NCBI GenBank assembly: GCA_944358385.1
Contig: CALVQW010000010.1
Coordinates: forward strand, 3,347-67,346
DNA length: 64,000 nucleotides
Origin: an uncultured Clostridia bacterium
GTDB lineage: Bacteria; Bacillota; Clostridia; Christensenellales; CAG-917
Direction of reading: 5' to 3'
The notes beneath the pieces were generated by a model. The model was not told the origin of the DNA. It ran no database searches and worked only from the letters and a program-made list of their open reading frames with translations. A program made the translations under genes and the position numbers. Positions 27,642-37,307 of this stretch are shown piece by piece (within the stretch, counting starts at the first letter, position 1; each line of letters starts with the position of its first letter).

Positions 27642-29471
27642 TTATCCTTCTTTATCTTCCTGCCGATCGGAAGTCCCGCCGCCGCTTTCGTCCTCGCTTT
27701 CGGACGCGCTCCCGGCGTCTGCATCCGTGACTTCCGCATCGCCCGCATCGGGGGCGTCTCCACCCTCCAAGACGTTTCCGCCGTCCGAGTCGTCCTCTGC
27801 GTCCACGACTTCGACGGCATCGCTCTCGCCGCGCATCTCTGCCATAAAGTTGAGGGCGCCCTCTCCCATCTCATCCGCATTGACGGACGCGCCGCGGAGC
27901 GCCGCCGTCACTTCCTCCACCTTCTTCTTGGAAAGCGGATAGAACATGAGGATGACGATCATGCCAAGGATGCTCGCCGCAGAGAGCAGGAATGCCGCAG
28001 TGAACCACTCGGTGGCGATGTCCTGCAGATATTGCGGCACCACTTCGATGTCGGTGTAGTTGGAGGGCTCGAAGCCGATCTCCTGCTGCCACACCCAGCC
28101 GCAGAGCATGAAGACGAAGGACATCAGCACGGGGATGACCATGATGAAGTTCTGGATGTGCCCCTCGAGTCGTCTGCCCGTCTTATATTGCTGATAGTCC
28201 GCGAGGTCGCCGAGCATGACGGGGATGAGAAGGTAGGTCGGATTGACGCGTGCAAGGAAGAAGAGGAGGGTGAGCACCACCGCCGACGTCGTGCCCTGCG
28301 GGATGTTCTCGAAGCCGACAAAGCCGAGGATCGCGGTGGACAGCAGCGAGAGGCAGCTGAAGACGATGATGATCCAATTCTTGTTGAGCTTGCGGGTGCA
28401 GAACGGGAGCAGGAGCATGGACACCGTCACGCCGAAGCCGATGACCGTGTTGGGTATGCCGGAGATGTTGAGTGCCTCCGTGGTCGTCGCCGCGAAACGG
28501 AGCTGGATCGCGAGGGGCTGGAACTGCATCCAGAACTCGCGAAGGGAACCTATGACGAGCGCCGCAAAGAGGATCCAGAGAGGCTTGTTTTTGAAGAGCA
28601 GCTTCATGCTCTCGGCAAAGGAGAGCTTCTCGGCGTCCCCACGCGCGGTCTCCGCCTCCGCCGCCTTCACCTCGGCGGGAGAGGTCTCCGACTCCGCGAT
28701 CTCGCCCGCTACACCGCCCTCGCCGCTTTCGGCACGGGCGGCGGCTTCCTGCGCCTCGATGAGCTCGCGGTTGTTGTCCTCAAGCTCGTAGACGCGCTCT
28801 TTGACTTTCAGGATGAACATCACGCAAAGGCTGCCGATGACGACGGCAATGGCGCCGATGATGCGCATCGCAATGTACTCCTGCCCCATGAACGCGCTGC
28901 GGATGGGACCCACGATGATGTTCATGATGGTGGGCGCAAAACCGACGATAAGCCCGATGGGCGTCATGATGTCCGCCCTCTCCTGAGTGTTGGGAGTGAT
29001 GACGTTGGGCATGGTCTGATACATATTGTTGGCGAACGTCGAAATGGCGATGACGGGCACGCAGGAACAATATGCATAGATGACGCGGTCGATCTCGGAA
29101 GAATACTGCGGCGCCCACATTGACATCATGGTGAAGAGCGCGAGCAGGGGAAGACTGAACAGGATGTACGGCTTGTATCTGCCCCACTTGGTACGCTTTT
29201 TCTCCATCGCCTGCCCGATGAGGGGGACGAGGAACATGTTGATGAGCGAACCGCCTATATAGATGGTGTAGCCGTGGATGGCGTCGATGCCGTAGAAATA
29301 GGGGATGTAGGTGATGGTGATGACCAGCATGATCGTGTTGTAGATCCAGCTGTTGCCGAGGGCGTACAACCCGAACGCGCCTATTTCCTTGATGTTGAGG
29401 AAACGTCCTTCGAGAGGTTTGTCCCACATGGCTTTCACCGTGGAGAACAACTTGGTGACTTTTTCTTTCAT
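27642..29471 (-). CDS. Glycoside-pentoside-hexuronide (GPH) family cation symporter with a long E/A-rich central loop and an acidic C-terminal tail
   Basis: The N-terminus ...RFLNIKEIGAFGLYALGNSW...GQAMEKKRTKWGRYKPYILF is GPH/MelB-like. About 12 hydrophobic segments. Confidence 0.85.
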   Translation of the reverse strand: MKEKVTKLFSTVKAMWDKPLEGRFLNIKEIGAFGLYALGNSWIYNTIMLVITITYIPYFYGIDAIHGYTIYIGGSLINMFLVPLIGQAMEKKRTKWGRYKPYILFSLPLLALFTMMSMWAPQYSSEIDRVIYAYCSCVPVIAISTFANNMYQTMPNVITPNTQERADIMTPIGLIVGFAPTIMNIIVGPIRSAFMGQEYIAMRIIGAIAVVIGSLCVMFILKVKERVYELEDNNRELIEAQEAAARAESGEGGVAGEIAESETSPAEVKAAEAETARGDAEKLSFAESMKLLFKNKPLWILFAALVIGSLREFWMQFQPLAIQLRFAATTTEALNISGIPNTVIGFGVTVSMLLLPFCTRKLNKNWIIIVFSCLSLLSTAILGFVGFENIPQGTTSAVVLTLLFFLARVNPTYLLIPVMLGDLADYQQYKTGRRLEGHIQNFIMVIPVLMSFVFMLCGWVWQQEIGFEPSNYTDIEVVPQYLQDIATEWFTAAFLLSAASILGMIVILMFYPLSKKKVEEVTAALRGASVNADEMGEGALNFMAEMRGESDAVEVVDAEDDSDGGNVLEGGDAPDAGDAEVTDADAGSASESEDESGGGTSDRQEDKEG

Positions 29472-29538
29472 ATATCTCTCCCTTTTGAGGTTTGATCCGA
29501 CATTTCGGCGGGATAAACCCGCTTTTGGGGCAATACGC

Positions 29539-31119
29539 TCACTTTTTCAGGATCAGCTTGCCCGCGCGCTGCGTGAGGTAATTCCCGTCCTTCACCGCGG
29601 CAACGCCGTTGACGTAGACGTGCTTGATCCCCTGCGGAGTGAAATCGGGGACGGCGGGATCCACCTTGACTCCCGCGTAGTCGAACACCGTGATGTCCGC
29701 GTAATTCCCCGCCGCGAGCGTGCCGCGCTCTTTCACCGAGAAGCGTTCCGCCGTCTTGCCCGTCATCTTGTGTATGACGCGCTCGAGGGGGATGTCGTGT
29801 TCCCTCGCGCGCACGAGGAAGTAGGGGAAGCCCTGGTACGCCGCGCCGTTCTGAGTGCCTGCCGCCTCCACCCATGCGTCCGTCATGAACACCGAGAGGC
29901 TGTCCGTCATGAGGCGGTTTATAATCTCGTCGTTGTAGTATTTGCCGAGATACAGTCTCCCCTGCCCGCGGCTCAGATCGACGAGCTTTATGTACATGTC
30001 GAAGTCGGAGAGTCCCTCCTCCTTCGCGCACTCCGACACCGTCTTGCCCTCATATTTCTTGTGGGCGGGATCGTCGGAGATGTACGCCACCGTGAAGTCG
30101 CAAAAGTCCAGCCCCAGCGCGAGCTTGGTGATGTTGGTCATCAGCTTGAGCTTGAACATGTTGAAGGGCTTTTTGCGGTCCGCCTCCGGGAGTGCCATGT
30201 ACCACGGCGGCAGCACCACCGTGATGACGGACGCGCCGTAGGTGAAGGAATAGTTGTCGTAGGCGATGCGGCAGCCTTCGTCGTTCAGGCGGTGGAACTT
30301 GGCGAGCATGGGATCCAGACTCTTCCACGAGGTCTTGCCCACGAAGATGAGGTGGGAGTATTCCGTCCGCACCCCGCTCTCCTTCATGATGTCCACCACT
30401 TCGTCGAGAGCGAGCTCGATGTGCGGCTTGGAGAGCAGCGGATAGCCGAGCGCCACCTTGCTGCACGCGCGCGGATGCACGGTGAGGATGCCGTCATACT
30501 TTGCGATGCGCTTTGCAAACGCAACGAGTTCATCGTGTTTGGAGTAGATGCCTGGCTCGTACATAAAGCCGAAGGAGCCTCCGAACGCGCCGCCTTCCAT
30601 CGCCTCGTCCACCAGCTTCATCTCCTCCGCGATCTGCGCCTCGGTGAGGGGCGTGGGATCGTAGCCGGAGATGCTTATCCTCGTCGTGCCGTGCCCGACG
30701 AGAGGGATCATGTTGACAAAGAGCCTCCCCGCGGCGCGCTCCGCAAATTCCCGGAAAGAGCCGGGCTTCACGGCGTGGAAGAGACCTCCGCCCACCTTGT
30801 CCTTGAACTTGCTCCCCGCCGCCACTCCGAAGGGAGAGAAGCCGCAGTTGCCCGTCACCTGAGTGGTGATGCCCTGCCTCAAAAATGGCGCGTAATACTT
30901 CTCCGCGTCCTCGTAGTCGTAGAAGAAGTCGTTGTGAGAGTGCGCGTCGATGAACCCGGGCGCAACGGTGAGACCCGTGCAGTCCACCACCTCGTCCGCC
31001 TGCGCGGAGATGTCCGCTCCGACCGCCGCTATGCGCTCGCCGTCCACCAGGACGTCACCCTTGAATGCGGGCGCGCCCGTGCCGTCGATGACGTTGCCTC
31101 CTTTGAACAGGATCTTCAT
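29539..31119 (-). CDS. Amidohydrolase family protein (N-acyl-D-amino-acid deacylase / D-aminoacylase-like)
   Basis: MKILFKGGNVIDGTGAPAFKGDVLVDGERIAAVGA...GLTVAPGFIDAHSHND. Start at 31119 has a G-rich SD. Confidence 0.85.
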   Translation of the reverse strand: MKILFKGGNVIDGTGAPAFKGDVLVDGERIAAVGADISAQADEVVDCTGLTVAPGFIDAHSHNDFFYDYEDAEKYYAPFLRQGITTQVTGNCGFSPFGVAAGSKFKDKVGGGLFHAVKPGSFREFAERAAGRLFVNMIPLVGHGTTRISISGYDPTPLTEAQIAEEMKLVDEAMEGGAFGGSFGFMYEPGIYSKHDELVAFAKRIAKYDGILTVHPRACSKVALGYPLLSKPHIELALDEVVDIMKESGVRTEYSHLIFVGKTSWKSLDPMLAKFHRLNDEGCRIAYDNYSFTYGASVITVVLPPWYMALPEADRKKPFNMFKLKLMTNITKLALGLDFCDFTVAYISDDPAHKKYEGKTVSECAKEEGLSDFDMYIKLVDLSRGQGRLYLGKYYNDEIINRLMTDSLSVFMTDAWVEAAGTQNGAAYQGFPYFLVRAREHDIPLERVIHKMTGKTAERFSVKERGTLAAGNYADITVFDYAGVKVDPAVPDFTPQGIKHVYVNGVAAVKDGNYLTQRAGKLILKK

Positions 31120-31372
31120 ACTTCCCCCCTCCCCGCGTGCGCGGCGTGCGCGCAAACAAATGCCGATATCAAAATAATATTAACATCACACGCGCGCAAA
31201 ATCAACAGAAGTTTTGCTCTGTCGCGAAACCTTAACACTCCACCTCCCCGTTAAACAATTGGGGACGGGGCAAAATTGTTAAATTTTCTTAACAATTTTG
31301 CCCCGTCCCCAATTGTTAAGTACCCCGCTGTGAAGCTCTACGCCGGCATTAGGAAAAATATGCTGTTCGAAG

Positions 31373-31466
31373 CCCGAGGGCGATATTCGGATGATGAACA
31401 AGGAAAAGCCCTCCCGCACAAGAGGCGCGTACTTAGTCGTACGTAACTCGCAGGGCGGGAAAATCG
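31373..31466 (+). repeat. Degenerate family-B element (B8)
   Basis: cccgagggcgatattcggatgatgaacaaggaaaagccctcccgc...ggcgcgtacttagtcgtacgtaac...gcagggcggg aligns with B4 (40619-40730). It accounts for the false N-terminal extension of ORF 31391..32404. Confidence 0.7.
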
Positions 31467-31537
31467 TTCAACGCTTGACAGTTTTCGACCGGCAGGATAA
31501 AATGTTTTCAAATCCATACAATGCGGAGGATTTGTCA

Positions 31538-32404
31538 ATGTTCGACATAATCATCAATCCTAAGGGCGGCAAGGGGAAGAGCCTGAAAGCACTCAAAACC
31601 GTGGAAAAGCTCCTCAAAGAGCATGGCGAGAACTATAAAGTGCACAACACCGAGTATGCGGGACACGCCACCGTACTCGCGCGCGAACTCTCCGCAAAAC
31701 CCGACACCAAGCTCATCGTCATGGGCGGAGACGGCTCTTTCAACGAGGTGCTGAACGGCATTGTGAACTTCGACAACGTCACCCTCGGCATCGTCGCCTG
31801 CGGCACGGGCAACGACTTCATCCGCGCATCCAAGCACCCCAAGAAAGTGAAAGATGCGGTGGAACTCATCCTCAAAGGCAACGTCGGATACATCGACTAC
31901 ATCGACGTAGGCTCCCGCCGCTGTCTCAACGTCGCGGGCGCGGGCATGGACGTGGACGTCCTCATCCGCTACGCCAATATGAAAGCGTTTCACGGCAAAG
32001 TGAAGTACTACGCTTCCCTCTTCGACACCCTCGCGCACGTCAAATGGCACAAGCTCCGCCTCACCATCGACGGCAAGACCATGGACAAGAGCGTGTTCAT
32101 GATCGGCGTGGGCAACGGCACCTGCATAGGCGGCGGCATGCCCATCTGCCCCGACGCCAAGGTGGATGACGGGCTGCTCTCCGTCGTCATCGTCAACGAG
32201 ATGAAAAAGAGCCGCATCCCCATCGAACTCCCCGGCTTCCTCACCGGCAAACATGTCAAGAAGGATTACACCGAGTCCTACTCCGCAAAGGAAGTCACGG
32301 TGGAAGTGCTGGACGACGGCAAGATCGAGCTTGACGGCGAAGTCATCGACGACAAGGTGCTGCCCTGCAAAGTGGTGCATAACGTCCTCAAAGTGTACCG
32401 CTAA
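31538..32404 (+). CDS. Diacylglycerol/lipid kinase family protein (YegS/BmrU-like)
   Basis: MFDIIINPKGGKGKS..., GGDGSFNEVLNG, GTGNDF motifs. GGAGGA lies 7 nt upstream of the ATG at 31538. Confidence 0.88.
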   Translation: MFDIIINPKGGKGKSLKALKTVEKLLKEHGENYKVHNTEYAGHATVLARELSAKPDTKLIVMGGDGSFNEVLNGIVNFDNVTLGIVACGTGNDFIRASKHPKKVKDAVELILKGNVGYIDYIDVGSRRCLNVAGAGMDVDVLIRYANMKAFHGKVKYYASLFDTLAHVKWHKLRLTIDGKTMDKSVFMIGVGNGTCIGGGMPICPDAKVDDGLLSVVIVNEMKKSRIPIELPGFLTGKHVKKDYTESYSAKEVTVEVLDDGKIELDGEVIDDKVLPCKVVHNVLKVYR

Positions 32405-32607
32405 ACCCCGTTTCCCGTCAAAAACCGAGAAAACATCCGACACCGCGGCAGCACAAAAGCACGCGAAAAACCGCACAATAACATCACACAGATCCACCCC
32501 GAAAAGCGCGCCCGCCGGCGTGCTTTTTGTAATAGAAAACTCCGCCTCAACGAGACGGGGTCACTGTCGGAACGCACACATTTTGGCGTGCGGGAGTTTT
32601 AGTCGTA

Positions 32608-33030
32608 TTCAAGCACACCTCGAATAAGCTGTTCGTCGTATTCAAATACGCTTCGAATAGACTGTTCGTCTCGCGGGGAGTTAGAATTCCCCCTCCTTCC
32701 CTCCGGGCTTTCCTCCCCCGTGTCCGATTAGAGTGCAGTCCTCCTAAAATGCGGAACTTACTTTCCGCCTTTTGAAAAAGGTTTTTGTCTCGCACTAACA
32801 TAATCGAGCGGCGAACAGTACTCACTGAGAACCCGGCACGGGCGGAGGAATTCGGCACTCGCAAATTAAAGCCCATGCCTATTTAGATTTACGGCGTTGC
32901 TCGGCACTCACTTTGCGCGCCGCGACTTGCAAGAGCAGGCGCAAGCGCCCGCTGTGCAAGTTTGGCTGAGCGGCGCGTGAGACCGTCTTCGAAATAGAAC
33001 CGTCGTGCTCAAATACGCCCGTACAAACGC
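32608..33030 (+). repeat. Family-C non-coding element, copy C2
   Basis: Same ordered sequence blocks as C1, C3 and C4. Confidence 0.8.
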
Positions 33031-33036
33031 TAATTT

Positions 33037-33146
33037 ACTAAACGCCGCCATTTAGATGCAGAACGCGAAAGCGCCCCTTCTTTCGGCGAGGCGCATACTA
33101 AATCGTACGTAACGAGCCGAAAAAGGGGCGCTGACAAAGCTATTCG
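33037..33146 (+). repeat. Family-B hairpin element B1 (3' outer arm degenerate)
   Basis: actaaacgccgccatttagatgcagaacgcgaaag-CGCCCCTTCTTTCGGC-gaggcgcatactaaatcgtacgtaacga-GCCGAAAAAGGGGCG-ctgacaaagc. Confidence 0.85.
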
Positions 33147-33209
33147 CCTAAATCACTCCCCTCTCTCAAACAGGAACGGGTAAGACCGCAATATTTTCGC
33201 CTCACTTCA

Positions 33210-33336
33210 CTAAACGCCGCCATTTAGATGCAGAACGCGAAAGCACCCCTTCTTTCGGCGAGGCGCGTACTAAATCGTACGTAACGAGCCGAAAAAGGGG
33301 CGCTGACAAAGTTGTGCGCTAAATGGCGGCGTTTAG
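33210..33336 (+). repeat. Family-B hairpin element B2
   Basis: The outer arms ctaaacgccgccatttag (33210-33227) and ctaaatggcggcgtttag (33319-33336) are perfectly complementary over 18 bp. The 3' arm contains the gap stop codon. Confidence 0.9.
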
Positions 33337-34355
33337 TTCAGTTCGGCGAAGTACTTGATCGTGCGAACCATCTGAGAGGTGTAGCTGTTCTCGTTGTCGT
33401 ACCAGCTGACGACCTGGACCTGGGTGCAATCGAGGTCTGCCATGTATTTGACCATGGTCTGGGTGGCATCGAAGAGGGAGCCGTAGGTCATGCCGATGAC
33501 GTCGCTGGACACGATCTGATCCTCATTGTAGCCGTAGGACTCGTTGGCGGCAGCCTTCATAGCGGCATTGATCGCCTCGACGGTGACGTTGCCTTTGCAG
33601 GTGGCGACGAGGATGGTGGTGGAACCGGCAGGCACGGGGACGCGCTGCGCGGAGCCGATGAGTTTGCCGTTGAGCTCGGGGATGACGAGACCGATCGCCT
33701 TCGCCGCACCGGTGCTGTTGGGGACGATGTTGATCGCCGCCGCACGCGCACGACGCAGGTCACCCTTGCGGTGAGGACCGTCGAGGACCATCTGGTCGCC
33801 GGTGTAGGCGTGGATGGTGCTCATGATACCGCTCTCGATGGGGGCGAGCTTGTTGAGGGCAGCCGCCATGGGGGCGAGGCAGTTGGTGGTGCAGGACGCC
33901 GCGGAAATGATGGTGTCCTCTTTGGTCAGAGTCTTTTCGTTGACGCCGTAGACGATGGTGGGCAGGTCATTGCCGGCGGGAGCGGAGATGACGACCTTCT
34001 TCGCGCCTGCGTCGATGTGAGCCTGAGCCTTCGCCTTGGAGGTGTAGAAACCGGTGCATTCGAGGACGACGTCCACGCCGATCTCCTTCCAGGGAAGATC
34101 CGCCGCGTTCTTCTCGGCATAGATCTTGATCTCCTTGCCGTCGACGACGATGGCACCGTCCTTGGCTTCCACCTTGTCGGCGAGAGCATATCTGCCCTGC
34201 GCGCTGTCGAACTTGAGAAGATGAGCGAGCATCTTAGCGTCGGTGAGGTCGTTGATGGCGACGATCTCGTAGCCCTTTGCCGCAAACATCTGACGGAAAG
34301 CCAGACGGCCGATCCTTCCGAAACCGTTGATCGCAACTCTAACATTCTTTGCCAT
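33333..34355 (-). CDS. gap: Glyceraldehyde-3-phosphate dehydrogenase, type I
   Basis: [22 protein letters not shown]..., SCTTNCLAP active site. GGAGG lies upstream of the ATG at 34355. Confidence 0.96.
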   Translation of the reverse strand: MAKNVRVAINGFGRIGRLAFRQMFAAKGYEIVAINDLTDAKMLAHLLKFDSAQGRYALADKVEAKDGAIVVDGKEIKIYAEKNAADLPWKEIGVDVVLECTGFYTSKAKAQAHIDAGAKKVVISAPAGNDLPTIVYGVNEKTLTKEDTIISAASCTTNCLAPMAAALNKLAPIESGIMSTIHAYTGDQMVLDGPHRKGDLRRARAAAINIVPNSTGAAKAIGLVIPELNGKLIGSAQRVPVPAGSTTILVATCKGNVTVEAINAAMKAAANESYGYNEDQIVSSDVIGMTYGSLFDATQTMVKYMADLDCTQVQVVSWYDNENSYTSQMVRTIKYFAELN

Positions 34356-34647
34356 AATTATGAGTCCTCCGAAGGGTTTATTTCGATGGTGTACAAAGTG
34401 AACCATTCAATTTGTACGTGCTATATTTTACATAAACGGGAAAAAAAACACAAGCGTTTTACACCACAATTTTTCCGCACGCACGCGCATAACGCGCGCA
34501 TATCGCCCGCTCTCGCGCGCGACTCCCCTCCTTCCTGCCCGAACGCGGTCGCATACGTCGAAATAATGCGAAAAAAAGTTGCATATTCTCCGCGGGAATG
34601 ATAAAATATTGTTCACAAAGAAACGGTTTTCCGGAGGGCTAACAACA

Positions 34648-35856
34648 ATGAATGCACTTTACAAACTGTATTGCAGATGTTTTCAAAAGGTGATGTACGT
34701 CGCCATGTTCTTCCTGCCCTGGCGCGTCCCGGAGCAGATCTCCGGCGAGGGCAGCCTCGCAAAACTCCCCGCCTTTGCGAAAAAGAAGGGCTGGAAGAGC
34801 GCGCTGCTCGTCACCGACCAAGGGCTCATGAGCCTCGGCATGGCGCAGCCCATCATCGACGGCTTCAAGGCGGAAGGGCTGAACATCACCGTCTATGACA
34901 AGGTCGTCCCCAACCCCACCATCACCAACATCGAAGAGGGTCTCAAGCTCTACAACGACAACAAGTGCGACGTCATCATCGCTCTCGGCGGCGGCTCTCC
35001 CATGGACTGCGCAAAGGGCATCGGCGCACGCGTCGCCCGTCCCGGCAAACCCATCCCCAAGATGAAAGGCATCCTGCGCGTCATGAAGAAACTCCCCCCG
35101 CTGGTCGCCATCCCCACCACTTCCGGTACGGGCAGCGAAGCCACGCTCGCGGCGGTCATCTCCAACCCCGAGACGCACGAGAAATATCCCATCAACGACC
35201 CCGTCCTCATCCCCCATTACGCGGTGATGGACCCCCTGCTCACGGTGGGGCTCCCCAAGCACATCACTTCCACCACCGGTATGGACGCGCTCACCCACGC
35301 GGTGGAAGCGTACATCGGCGGCGAGAACACTTCCAACACCAAAAAATACGCCATCGAAGCGACTCAGCTCATCTTCAAATATCTCAAACGCGCCTATGAC
35401 GACGGTCAGGACAAGGAAGCGCGCAATCAGATGCAGAAGGCGTCCCTGCTCGCCGGCATGGCGTTCACAAGGGCGTACGTCGGCTATGTCCACGCGGTGG
35501 CGCACTCCCTCGGCGGCTTCTACGGCGTGCCTCACGGGCTTGCCAACGCCGTCATCCTCCCCCACGTCCTCGACGCGTACGGCGCGAGTGCGTATAAGAA
35601 GCTCGCTCAGCTCGCGGACGCCGTCGGCATCCAGGGCGACAGCGACGAGGCGAAAGCCAAAGCCTTCATCCAAGCCGTCAAGGATATGAACGCCTCCATG
35701 GACATCCCCACCAAGATCCAGGGCAAATGGACCATCAAGGAAGAGGACATCCCCACCATGGTGGAACGCGCCGCCAAGGAAGCCAACCCCCTCTACCCCG
35801 TGCCCGTCATCTGGGGGAAGGAAGAGCTGACCAAGATATATCACGAGATAATGTGA
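34648..35856 (+). CDS. Iron-containing alcohol dehydrogenase
   Basis: GGGSPMDCAKGI and histidine-rich metal-binding motifs (HAVEAY..., HAVAHSLGGFYGVPHG). GGAGGG lies 9 nt upstream of the ATG at 34648. Confidence 0.9.
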   Translation: MNALYKLYCRCFQKVMYVAMFFLPWRVPEQISGEGSLAKLPAFAKKKGWKSALLVTDQGLMSLGMAQPIIDGFKAEGLNITVYDKVVPNPTITNIEEGLKLYNDNKCDVIIALGGGSPMDCAKGIGARVARPGKPIPKMKGILRVMKKLPPLVAIPTTSGTGSEATLAAVISNPETHEKYPINDPVLIPHYAVMDPLLTVGLPKHITSTTGMDALTHAVEAYIGGENTSNTKKYAIEATQLIFKYLKRAYDDGQDKEARNQMQKASLLAGMAFTRAYVGYVHAVAHSLGGFYGVPHGLANAVILPHVLDAYGASAYKKLAQLADAVGIQGDSDEAKAKAFIQAVKDMNASMDIPTKIQGKWTIKEEDIPTMVERAAKEANPLYPVPVIWGKEELTKIYHEIM

Positions 35857-35871
35857 CAATCGTCACCCATC

Positions 35872-35903
35872 AAAAAGCCCTCCGTCTTCGGAGGGCTTTT
35901 TTG
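35872..35903. terminator. Bidirectional terminator
   Basis: aaaaagccctccg tctt cggagggcttttttg. Confidence 0.8.
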
Positions 35904-35931
35904 TTGTCGTATCATTCCCGCTCGGCACCGT

Positions 35932-37050
35932 TCATTTCAGGTTCTCGGGGTTGAGGGCGGAAAGCTCGGGGAGAATAAAACGTCCGTCCTTTCTCACCAG
36001 CACGCCGTCCATATAGATCTCGCCGCCGCCGTAGGCAGGAGTGTGGACTTGCACAAGATCCCAATGCACCGCGCTGACGTTGCCGTTGGGGGCGTCGTCG
36101 TAGCACGCGCCGGGGGTGAAGTGGATGGAGCCGGAGATCTTCTCGTCAAAGAGGATGTCCCCTATCGCGCGGTCGATGTAAGGGTTAAGCCCGAAGGAGA
36201 ACTCGCCCACATATCTCGCTCCCTCGTCGGTGTCGAAGATGGCGTTGGCTTTCTCCGTGTTGTTGGCGGTCGCCTTGACGATCTTGCCGTCCTTGAAAGT
36301 GAGGGTGACGTTCTCGAACTTGAATCCGTTCTCGATGGAAGGCACGTTGTAGGCTATGGTGCCGTTCACGCTGTCGCGCACGGGTGCGGTGTAGACCTCG
36401 CCGTCGGGGATGTTGCAATGCCCGCTGCACTTCACCGCTCCGACGCCCTTTATGGAGAAGGAAAGATCGGTGTCTTTTGCCACAATGCGCACTTTATCCG
36501 TCTTATTCATCAGATCAACCAGCGCATCCATCGCTTTGTCCATCTTGCGGTAGTCCAGGCAGCACACGTCGAAGAAGTAGTCCTCGAAGGCTTCCGTGCT
36601 CATGCCCGCGAGCTGGCTCATGCCTTCCGTCGGATATCGCAGGATCACCCAACGCGTCTTTTTGACGCGGATGTTGTGATGCACCTTCTGCGCGTAGATC
36701 TTGTCGTAAGCCTGCATCCTCTCTTCGGGGACGTCGCTGAGTTCATATCCGTTGTTGCCGCCGCGCACGCCGATGTAGCAGTCCATCTTGTCCATGAAAG
36801 CGGCGTCCCGCTCCGCCCAGACGGCGAGCATCTCATCCGACGCGCCTTTCAGCAACTCGCGTTTCACCTTGCTCTCGGAGGTGAACACGAAGGGCATCCC
36901 GCCCGCCTCGTACACCGCCTTGACCAAAAGAGAGATGAACTCCGCATCCGCGCCCGAAACGTCTATCCAGACCTTGTCGCCCTTCTTCACCGCGCAGGAA
37001 TAGTTGACCAGATTGTCTGCAAGCGTCTTTTGCCTTATGTCATGTATCAT
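35932..37050 (-). CDS. Aminopeptidase, peptidase family M29 (AmpS/PepS-like)
   Basis: 372 aa. MIHDIRQKTLADNLVNYSCAVKKGDKVWIDVSG... with full-length M29 similarity. Confidence 0.85.
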   Translation of the reverse strand: MIHDIRQKTLADNLVNYSCAVKKGDKVWIDVSGADAEFISLLVKAVYEAGGMPFVFTSESKVKRELLKGASDEMLAVWAERDAAFMDKMDCYIGVRGGNNGYELSDVPEERMQAYDKIYAQKVHHNIRVKKTRWVILRYPTEGMSQLAGMSTEAFEDYFFDVCCLDYRKMDKAMDALVDLMNKTDKVRIVAKDTDLSFSIKGVGAVKCSGHCNIPDGEVYTAPVRDSVNGTIAYNVPSIENGFKFENVTLTFKDGKIVKATANNTEKANAIFDTDEGARYVGEFSFGLNPYIDRAIGDILFDEKISGSIHFTPGACYDDAPNGNVSAVHWDLVQVHTPAYGGGEIYMDGVLVRKDGRFILPELSALNPENLK

Positions 37051-37307
37051 ATCGCATTCTCCTGTCTCCGCCCGCTTTGCCGCGGGGGTATCACACCGCT
37101 ATTATACCCCATATTCTTCAAAATGTTAAGCGCAAGCGCGGCGGACATTCTTTTCCCGTCGTACACGTGTTTAAAATTGTTCGGCACAGATGCCGCACAT
37201 CCGCGTGTACATTCCTTTCCCGCAACGCGCGCGTATTTTAAAATAGTGTTGTGTTTTCGGCGGCAAAGTTGTATAATGTCTGTAATCACGATTCGGAGGA
37301 CAACCAA

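Noticed and set aside
33210-33336. Family-B elements considered as integron attC sites (imperfect palindromes whose ends ACTAAAC...GTTTAGT resemble RYYYAAC...GTTRRRY)
   Set aside because: The core-site match fails at one consensus position. Copies B6 and B7 end in CTGACGC...GCGTCAG with no AAC/GTT. There are no cassette ORFs between the elements, which are tandem or solo. No intI gene is present.
33037-33336. Group II intron domain V, or retron msr/msd, as an explanation for the conserved GAGCGTAC...GTACGTGAGC apex of family B
   Set aside because: The sequence does not match the domain V consensus (catalytic AGC triad stem with GNRA loop and a 34-nt geometry). No reverse transcriptase or intron-encoded ORF is anywhere in the window.
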